A stretch of 27,077 nucleotides of DNA from a virus. Below the pieces are notes generated by a model, which did no database searches, was not told the DNA's origin, and saw only the letters and a list, made by a program, of their open reading frames with translations. The stretch lies in IMG/VR virus record IMGVR_UViG_3300045988_105798, positions 1 through 27,077 of that record; one strand, 5' to 3'. Below, in pieces: positions 19,632-27,077 of the stretch. Positions within the stretch are counted from its first letter, which is position 1; each line of letters opens with the position of its first letter. The translations under genes were made by a program, and so were the position numbers.

Positions 19632-21965
19632 ATGGCTGAAGAAATTAAAAAAGTAATTAGTGTAGATACTAAAACCAGTTCAAAGTCGATCAAGCAGCTA
19701 CGAGAAGAAGTAGCTGGCTTGACGGCTGAACTTGAAGATCTTGAGATTGGTAGTACTGACTATACTAAAAAGCTTGAAGAACTTGTTAATGTTCAAAATA
19801 AGTTAGGTGTTGCTACAGAATCTATGCAAGGTAAAACTGTAAATGCAGTTAAGGCGTTTGACAGTATCAATCAAGTAGCAGGAGGTTTAGCTGGAGGAGT
19901 TTCAGCTGTTAGTGCAGTATTCACTTTATTTGGAAAAGATACAGAGAATCTTCAAAAAACTATGGTTAAATTGCAAGCAGCAATTGCTATAGTTCAGGGA
20001 ATTGGAGGATTAAAAGGTTTAGGTGAAGGTATTCTTAATGGAGTAAAATCATTTAAAGCCTTATCTGTAGCAATGGGTGGTGCTACGGCTGCAACTGGAG
20101 GATTATCTGTAGCAATGGGTGTGCTACGGTCTGCAATTATATCTACAGGAATTGGAGCTTTAGTTGTAGCTCTTGGTATGTTAATAGATTTTGCAATTAA
20201 AGCAGCATCAGGAATTGATGATTTAAAAATTAGTATTTCTGGTTTAAAAGATATAACTGATCAATGAGGAACAAGTTACGCCAGAGCTAATACTGAAATT
20301 GCAGGATTGGAGAGACAAAGAGAGAGAGAGTTAGCTGCTGGTAAAAAAAGTGAAATACAAATTTGGAAAGATTATGCTGAAGAATTAGGAGATTTAGGTG
20401 CTGAATTATTTCATCATTTTGGCAGTGTAACTAAAGCATATTCTGACTCATTTACTAATATACTTAAAAGTAATGAATACTTCAAAAAAGAATTTAAGAA
20501 ATCTGGATATGAAACTTGGGAAAATTATTCCAAAGCAATACGATGAGGATTAAAGACTAGTTCTAATGAAGTTGATTTCTTTTTAAGTAAGTTAACTGAT
20601 GCTCAAAAAGCGGCTTATGAGGAAGCTTCTGGTATTTATAATACATATTTTGAGAAGCTAAATGATTTAATGCAAAAATCTGCTGCAGCTTATGAAAAAG
20701 TTAAGTTAATGGAGATTGCTGCAGAACGTAAGCAGAGAGAAGAAGCTAAAGCCCAGTATCTAAAGAAGATAGAAGAAAGAAAGAAACATAATCAAGATCT
20801 GCTTAAAGTTATTAACGATTTCTATGAAGAAAATAGGAAACTTCTTTTAGATGATGAAGCAAGAGAACTTGATGAATTAAATAGAAACTACCAGAATCAA
20901 TTAGAGGCACTTAAAGAAGCCTATAATCTCAAATTACTAACAGTTAAAGAATATAATGAGAGATTAAAGCAGTTAAATGATGCATATAATAAAGAGTGAC
21001 TAGATAATAATAATGAACGTTATAGAGAAGACTTAGAAAATAGATTATCTGCATTACAAGAAATGCAAGATAGGGAATCTCAATTATTTGCAAATAAAGA
21101 GGCTGCATTATCTGCAGGTAAATCTGGAAGTTATGAAACTAGAGTTCAACAATTTGGTTCAACGGATTTTTATCAATCTGGAGAAGATGTTCAAAGACAA
21201 TATCAAGATACATTAGCTTATAATGAACAGTTATATAATCTCACTAAAGATAGAATTACAAGAGAGAATGAATTGATGTCTCAACAGCAAGCTATTTTAG
21301 ATGAGCAATATAACAATAAGCTGATAACTGAACAAGAATATGCCAATCAATCTCAAGCAATTAAATTACAGCAAGAAGCTAATGATATAGCTTTATCAGA
21401 AGCAGCTAATGCAAGAGAAGAAGCAGATCTTCAAGCATTTAAAGATAGACAAGCTAAAAAGCAACAGGCTATTCAAGCTACTATGAATGTAGCTTCTTCT
21501 TTAAGTGGAGCTTTAGCTAATGTATTTAAACAAGAAGCTAGTGATGATAAAAAATCAGAGAAGCAAAGAGAGAAATCCTTTAAAGTTTATAAAGCATTAG
21601 CTACTACTCAAGCTATTATTGATACTATCAGTTCTGCCCAAGGTGCATATAAAGCTATGGTGGGTATTCCATTTGTAGGACCTATTCTTGCTTCTATTGC
21701 AGCTGCTACTGCTGTTATAGCTGGTATTGCTAATGTAAAAGCTATCCAAAATGAACAATTACCTTCATCTGGAGGTTCTGGAAGTGATGCAGGAACTACT
21801 GCTCCTGCTGCTTTAAATACTGCTCCTGTAGAATATACTCGAAACTTACTTGGCAATAAAGAGACTGATGAATTGAATCAACCAGTTAAATGTTATGTAG
21901 TTGAGAGTGATATTACTACTGCTCAAACTAAAGTTGCAGTTACAGAATCAAATGCAAGTTTCTAA
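19632..21965 (+). CDS. Tape-measure-like protein (777 aa)
   Basis: Four same-frame track ORFs are joined through TGA at 20265, 20544 and 20997. It has long coiled-coil stretches plus Gly/Ala-rich hydrophobic segments (GGLAGGVSAVSAVFTLFG; VGIPFVGPILASIAAATAVIAGIANV). Confidence 0.65.
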
Positions 21966-21983
21966 AGTGAGTAAATTATTGTA

Positions 21984-22028
21984 GCCTACTATGTAAGTTA
22001 CTGTAAATCAGTGCTTATATAGTAGTGC
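21984..22028 (+). terminator. Long imperfect hairpin after the tape-measure gene
   Basis: GCCTACTATGTAAGTTACTG pairs with CAGTGCTTATATAGTAGTGC. It is preceded by a partial motif GTGAGTAAA (21967-21975) directly after the stop codon. Confidence 0.4.
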
Positions 22029-22102
22029 AATGTCAAAATTTTATTTATCTTAGATACCTGTGTGAGTAAAAACTTGACAGTTATATTCTATATAAATATA
22101 AT
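22029..22102 (+). promoter_or_regulatory. Conserved intergenic element, copy 3, containing a perfect TTGACA-N17-TATAAT
   Basis: AATGTCAA is at 22029-22036 and GTGAGTAAAAACTTGACA at 22062-22079. TTGACA (22074-22079), a 17-nt spacer and TATAAT (22097-22102) follow. The element lies 81 nt upstream of ATG 22160. Confidence 0.6.
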
Positions 22103-22159
22103 TTATTAAAAGATTGTACCAATATTACATTTTTCTAACTAACTATATATTAATAAAAA

Positions 22160-22753
22160 ATGGGAAATATGTATAACGAACTGCCACTATACCAAGCAGT
22201 AATAACTGACGATTTTGATGGCATAGAATATGTAGCTTTAACATCAAAGCCAGCTACCCAAGTAAACTGGGTTGCATTTAATAACTCTTTGAAATTCTCT
22301 ATGGATGAAGATCAACATATTGTAACTTCTTGTTTAATGGTATGTGATATGCCAATTTTTAGACGAGATGACAATTTGGGAGAATATTATATCCAATATA
22401 ATAAAGAGACTTTAAGAGCAATGGCTGAGAAGATGATGAGGGATAAAAGAACTGATGCTGTTAATATAGAGCATTTAGAAGATTCTTCGATTCCTGGAAT
22501 TGTACTACAAGAACTTTACATTAAAGATGAGAAACGAGGAATTTCTCCCATAGAATTCAAAGATGTGCCTGACGGTTCTTTATTTGTAACTTACAAAATA
22601 AATAATCCTATTATTTGGGATGCTATTAAAGCTGGAAAGTTCAAAGGCTTCTCTATTGAAGGCTTATTTACTTTAGAACGTAAGGATGATGAATATACAG
22701 AACTTAAAGAGATACAAAGAATGTTGAAGAAGATAAAACGAATTAAAAAGTAA
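22160..22753 (+). CDS. Prohead protease candidate (XkdF-like) (197 aa)
   Basis: It sits ahead of the scaffold and capsid genes. The pattern ..NIEHLEDS...FVTYKINNPIIWDAIKAGKFKGFSIEG resembles XkdF-type phage proteases. It has no TGA. Confidence 0.5.
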   Translation: MGNMYNELPLYQAVITDDFDGIEYVALTSKPATQVNWVAFNNSLKFSMDEDQHIVTSCLMVCDMPIFRRDDNLGEYYIQYNKETLRAMAEKMMRDKRTDAVNIEHLEDSSIPGIVLQELYIKDEKRGISPIEFKDVPDGSLFVTYKINNPIIWDAIKAGKFKGFSIEGLFTLERKDDEYTELKEIQRMLKKIKRIKK

Positions 22754-22756
22754 ACT

Positions 22757-23338
22757 ATGAGCAAATTCACTAAAATCAAATTAGAGCTTGCCAAAATGTT
22801 GGCAAAATTCAGTGATCTGAAAACTTCAAAGGGAGTCTTAACTTGGGATTCTGACGAAGATCTTAAAGCTGGAATGGATGTTTATGTAATGGATGAGAAT
22901 GGCGAATACGCTCCTGCTGCTGATGGTGATTATGTTACCGAAGATGGTCAAACTATCGTAGTTAAGGAAGGTCGCGTTGAATCGATTACTGATCCCAAAG
23001 CTGAAGTAGATCCAGAAGAAGGAATGAGCACTGTTGAGGTAGCTGCTGAGGAAGAAGTTGCAGATCCTATGGTTCAAACTGATGGTGTTAAAGAAAGTGA
23101 AACTGATGCCATTGATGCAATTCATAGAGAGATTAATGAGCTTTATGACATTGTAGACAAACTTACAAAGAAGGTTGCCGAGCTTGAAGCAAAAGGAACT
23201 GAAACAAAAGAGACTGTTGAGAAAATGAGCAAAATGAGTGCTGCTTTCTCTGCAGAAGAAGAGATTGAAACAAAGCGTACTACTCCTACAAGTGGCAATG
23301 CAGAAATAGATAGAAAGCTTAAAAACTTTATTGGTTAA
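22757..23338 (+). CDS. Scaffolding protein candidate (193 aa)
   Basis: It is acidic with a coiled-coil segment (INELYDIVDKLTKKVAELEAKG) and lies immediately upstream of the capsid gene. It has no TGA. Confidence 0.55.
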   Translation: MSKFTKIKLELAKMLAKFSDLKTSKGVLTWDSDEDLKAGMDVYVMDENGEYAPAADGDYVTEDGQTIVVKEGRVESITDPKAEVDPEEGMSTVEVAAEEEVADPMVQTDGVKESETDAIDAIHREINELYDIVDKLTKKVAELEAKGTETKETVEKMSKMSAAFSAEEEIETKRTTPTSGNAEIDRKLKNFIG

Positions 23339-23359
23339 TAATTTAAAAATTAATAATTT

Positions 23360-24262
23360 ATGAATCCTGTAATGACTTCTTTGACTGCTTATGTTGAGCA
23401 GCGTAGATTACCTCTTATTAAAGAGGCTGTATTAAAAGCTAAGAGTGCTAGTTTATTTAACTTACAGACTGATATTAAAACTTCAGCTGCTCTTAACTTA
23501 CTTTCAACTGATGTTGAATTTGGAGATGGTCTGACTTGTGGATGGGATGAGGCTGGAACGCAGACTCTTTCACAACGAGTTCTTACGACTGGAAATATCA
23601 AGATTAATATGGCTTATTGCGACAAAGCTATGCTTAAATATTGGACTCAGTATCAGGTTCGCGTTGCTGCTGGTCAGAAAACGCTTCCTTTCGAAGAGGA
23701 CTTTATTAGTGGTGTAGTTGAGAATGTTAAAGCCTCTATTGAAACCGCTATCTGGCAAGGTGATACTACTTCTCAGACTAATAACCTGAAGTACTTTGAT
23801 GGTCTGTTAAAGATCTTAAAAACTGCTACTGGTACTGTTGATGTAAAGATTACTGGTACTTCTGCTTACGATGACATTATGGCTGTTTATAACGCTATTC
23901 CTGAGAAAGTACTTGATGGTGCTTCTATCTTAGTAGGCGCTGATACCTTCCGTAAATTCGTCCAGGAGTTAGTTGCTAAGAACTACTACCATTATAGTGG
24001 TGAGAATCTTAACGGTGAGATTATGCTTCCTGGTTCGCAGGTTAAAGTAATCGCTGTTAATGGTCTTAACGGAACTGACCAGATCGTTGCTGGTCAGCTT
24101 GACAAGAACTTCTTCTATGGCTGCGATATGATGAATGACGAAGAGAAATTCGAAATGTGGTATTCGCAGGATTTCAGAGAATTTAGATTAGCTATTGAAT
24201 TTAACGCTGGTGTACAAGTGGCGTTCCCAGATGAGATCGTACTTGGTGCAAAAGCTGAATAA
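23360..24262 (+). CDS. Major capsid protein (300 aa)
   Basis: It follows the protease and scaffold genes and has a typical size. Its codon usage is visibly less AT-rich. All 4 Trp are TGG. Confidence 0.75.
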   Translation: MNPVMTSLTAYVEQRRLPLIKEAVLKAKSASLFNLQTDIKTSAALNLLSTDVEFGDGLTCGWDEAGTQTLSQRVLTTGNIKINMAYCDKAMLKYWTQYQVRVAAGQKTLPFEEDFISGVVENVKASIETAIWQGDTTSQTNNLKYFDGLLKILKTATGTVDVKITGTSAYDDIMAVYNAIPEKVLDGASILVGADTFRKFVQELVAKNYYHYSGENLNGEIMLPGSQVKVIAVNGLNGTDQIVAGQLDKNFFYGCDMMNDEEKFEMWYSQDFREFRLAIEFNAGVQVAFPDEIVLGAKAE

Positions 24263-24317
24263 ATAGATAATTACATAAAACAATATTAAAAAATCAGGCC
24301 GAAAATCTCCTACTTTT

Positions 24318-24686
24318 ATGAAATATACTGGAATGATTTATCTTATTCAAAATAACATTACACAAAAAGTGTATGTCGGACAGACAACAAGAGACATTGA
24401 AACTAGATTTAAGGAGCATTGTAGAAGATCAAGTAACTGTAAAAAACTATCGAATAGTATAAATAAATATGGTAAAAATAATTTTTCTATTATTGAGTCT
24501 ATGATTCAGGCTAAAGCAAAAATTATTTATCAATATAATTTAGATGGTAGTTTTGTCAGATGCTGACCTTCTGCAAGGTCTGCAGCTAGACATTATGGCT
24601 CAAGTAAGAGACATCATATTACAGATGTATGCTCTGGTAGACGTAAATCTGCCTATGGGTTTTTGTGGAGTTTTGCAGAGGAATAA
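24318..24686 (+). CDS. Compact GIY-YIG homing endonuclease (122 aa)
   Basis: It reads GMIYLIQNNITQKVYVGQTTRDIETRFKEH (GIY...YVG...R..E). It has TGA at 24564-24566 and the tail GFLW(TGG)SFAEE. It is inserted between the capsid and major tail genes. Confidence 0.7.
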
Positions 24687-24745
24687 GAAAGACATATAAA
24701 GGTTTTATGTGGAAATACGAATAATTAATAAAATTTAATAAATAT

Positions 24746-25264
24746 ATGGCTTGCTTAATAACGCTTAATGGAATTACACTTGATTGCCAGCCTTCGTTAG
24801 GTGGTATCAAAAGAGTTTGGATTACTCAATATTCAGATGTAAAATCTGTAGTTGTAGGTGATGACAATATGATTGAAAGTATCACTTTAGAGGGTGAAGC
24901 TCAATGGTATGAGTATCAGTTCCGTAAGGCTACTGGTTCTTTAACCTCAACTTTGAATGTTGACGAATCCGCAGGAGTTAACTATGTAAGTAATGAGTTA
25001 GCTCTTGTATTTACAAAGATGGAAACTGCTAAGAGAATTGAAATTGCAGCTTTATCGATCGGTCAGCTTGCAGTTGTTGTTGAGGATAGTAATGGTCATT
25101 ACTGGTTCCTTGGTAAAGATGATTATGTAAGCGCTTCTGCAGGTACTGGTATTACTGGTACAGCAAAAGGGGATCAGAATGCTTATACTCTGACTCTCTC
25201 TACTGATTCGGATTCTTATCCTTATGAGTTGTCAGCAGAAGCTATTGCTGCAATAGTTGGATAA
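24746..25264 (+). CDS. Major tail protein candidate (172 aa)
   Basis: The size and the pattern GGIKRVWITQYSDV...WYEYQFRKATGSLTS...NGHYWFLGKDD..TGTAKGDQNAYTLTL are typical of siphovirus tail tube proteins. It has no TGA. Confidence 0.55.
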   Translation: MACLITLNGITLDCQPSLGGIKRVWITQYSDVKSVVVGDDNMIESITLEGEAQWYEYQFRKATGSLTSTLNVDESAGVNYVSNELALVFTKMETAKRIEIAALSIGQLAVVVEDSNGHYWFLGKDDYVSASAGTGITGTAKGDQNAYTLTLSTDSDSYPYELSAEAIAAIVG

Positions 25265-25270
25265 TCAGAT

Positions 25271-25310
25271 TAAGAGCGGGTAATTAATTTTACTTGCTCT
25301 TATTTTGTTT
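25271..25310 (+). terminator. Intrinsic terminator after the major tail protein gene
   Basis: TAAGAGCGGGTAA pairs with TTACTTGCTCTTA and is followed by ttttgttt. Confidence 0.6.
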
Positions 25311-25339
25311 ATAGACATTAATAATAAAAATTATATAAT

Positions 25340-27077
25340 ATGGAAAATCTATTACCCTATTTAAATGTACTTGAGGCAGACACTATTACAAGAGATAATG
25401 TAACCAAAGCCTTAGTAATAGATAAAGATGATAATATAGCTCTTTTAAATGGAGAAGATTTAGGAACTAATAATTATCAAGATCTGCAAAATAAGCCCTC
25501 TTTAAATGGTAAGACTTTAGAAGCCTCAACTAATATAGTTCCAGCAATACAGGTTCAAGCAATACCTACTAAATTGACTATTACTCCATCTTTAGGCAAT
25601 CAAACTGGACAAGCAGTTGAACTTCCTGGATATGATACAAGTACTAATGCTTCTGGTATTTTAACATCTCAAGTATTTGGTATTCTTAATGATAAGTATA
25701 CTAAAGAAGAAATAGACAATATTAACAGTGCGATTAATACAGCTATTTCTAAAAAACAAGATAAATTAACAGCAGGAGCTAATATACGAATTGTAGATAA
25801 CGTTATATCTGCCTTTAATAATCATTTATTCTTACATTTAGATGAAAATGATACAGAACATCAAGCTTATGTATATTCTTTTATTAAGTCTAATTTAGAG
25901 TTCTATTTATTTGCTGAGATCACTTACGAAGGCAAAGTAGTAGTTCTTCCTTTAGTTGCCATTGAAAACAACGAATCGTTATATTTAAAAGGAATGTATC
26001 TTAAAGATGATTCTACAATCGTTGAGGTATCTGCAGTTTTAGTAGCTAATGGTAACATAAGTGTTAATACTTCTGAAATATCAATATCTGATTATAACCA
26101 GTTGACAAATAAGCCACAGATTAATTCAGTAGAATTGTCTGGAAATAAAACCCTTGCTGATCTTGGTATTCAAGCTGCAGGTAATTATGCTTTAAAGAGT
26201 GACATTCCAACTAAAGTAAGTGAATTACAAAATGACTCTCAATTTGTAACTGAAACAGCATTAACAGACGGATTAGCTCCTAAAGCAGATAAGACTTATG
26301 TTGATGAACAATTAGCTCTTAAAGCTGATTCTACTACAGTTGAATCTTTATCTGGAGAAGTAGCTACTAATAGTACAGATATTAGTACTTTAAAGAGTAC
26401 AGTTGCAGAGAATGGTGAAAAGATTGATTCTCTTGATAAAGAGATGGCTACCAAACAGGATACTCTTGTTAGTGGAGAATCAATTAGAACAATTAACAAT
26501 CTTTCTTTATTAGGAGATGGTAATATTAATGTAGGTGATGTTCCTTCTATTACGGTAGAAAATGAACAAATACCAAATGAGACAGATTTTAATAGAGTTG
26601 CAGAAGCTGCAGCAAATGATAGAGCAGTTTTAATTAGAATTAAAACTGCTGAAATGACGTTACCCTCTAATTATTGACAGTATTCCTCTTCAGAATCTCA
26701 GAGAGGCTTTGTTGCTTATGCAACATATTTATCAGGAACTAATAACATAACTCTGATTGCATATATTCTAGAAAATCAACCAGTTATGGTAGGAACTGAG
26801 ATTGAAGAATTACAAGAAGAGTTAGTTTCTGGAACTAATATTAAAACTATTAATGGTGAAAGTATCCTAGGATCAGGTAATATAGACACTCCAGATAGTA
26901 AGGTTACTAGTGCTGCAAATCACTACACTCCTGTTGGAGGGAGTGCTACATCTGGAACTATTATAAATTCTATTACTAAGGATGAGAAAGGACATATTGT
27001 AGATATAGGGGTTGCTAATGGTATAGATGCTTCAAAAATTACATCTGGGGTAATTGATATTGAACGTCTACCCAAAG
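25340..27077 (+). CDS. Tail fibre protein, 5' portion (continues at base 56 of the window because 27023-27077 duplicates 1-55)
   Basis: ATG 25340. An in-frame TGA lies at 26675-26677 and the frame stays open to the window end. It has fibre repeats (YQDLQNKPSLNGKTL / YNQLTNKPQINSVELSGNKTL; GESIRTINNLSLLGDGNIN / GTNIKTINGESILGSGNID). The full gene is about 3,504 nt. Confidence 0.8.

Noticed and set aside
27023-27077. The 55-bp direct terminal repeat as a biological DTR
   Set aside because: It lies inside a continuous ORF and has a length typical of assembler k-mer overlap. It is more likely circularisation of the contig.
1-27077. TGA read as Gly (code 25, as in Gracilibacteria/Absconditabacteria phages)
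   Set aside because: TGA falls on positions that are Trp in conserved motifs (EIW-KxIxGY, GYxW tails, WIH). It also alternates with TGG in paralogous repeats. Nothing supports Gly.
1-27077. CRISPR arrays, integrase/lysogeny module, DNA polymerase, diversity-generating retroelement
   Set aside because: I recognised no repeat-spacer arrays, recombinase, polymerase or reverse-transcriptase signatures in any frame. Absence is judged by eye only.

Overview
The window is a closed, circularly permuted, strongly AT-rich tailed-phage genome. Bases 1-55 are identical to 27023-27077, so the unique length is 27,022 bp. Nearly all genes are on the + strand. They include small and large terminase, portal, an XkdF-like protease, scaffold, major capsid, major tail protein, a tape-measure-like protein, two very large tail/baseplate proteins, a roughly 1,167-aa tail fibre that spans the circular junction, and a holin-like gene plus M15 endolysin. 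A short minus-strand arm (6420-8503) carries an SF2 helicase. A 400-nt divergent control region lies between the two arms. The dominant signal is genome-wide reassignment of TGA to Trp (genetic code 4). The standard-code ORF track splits about 19 genes at in-frame TGA codons. Several of these TGAs fall on conserved Trp positions. No suppressor tRNA is visible by eye. TGA is absent from the helicase, the head module and the major tail protein. Promoter architecture (TTTG-N19/20-TATATTTG) and the lack of Shine-Dalgarno sites point to a Bacteroidota-type host. The peptidoglycan endolysin argues against Mollicutes. Other points of interest are a conserved intergenic element (4 full copies plus 1 partial), a split sigma-like gene pair, a candidate -1 frameshift chaperone, three homing-endonuclease-type ORFs, and a membrane-anchored lysis-cassette protein rich in TGA. 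All calls come from reading the sequence by eye, with no database searches.
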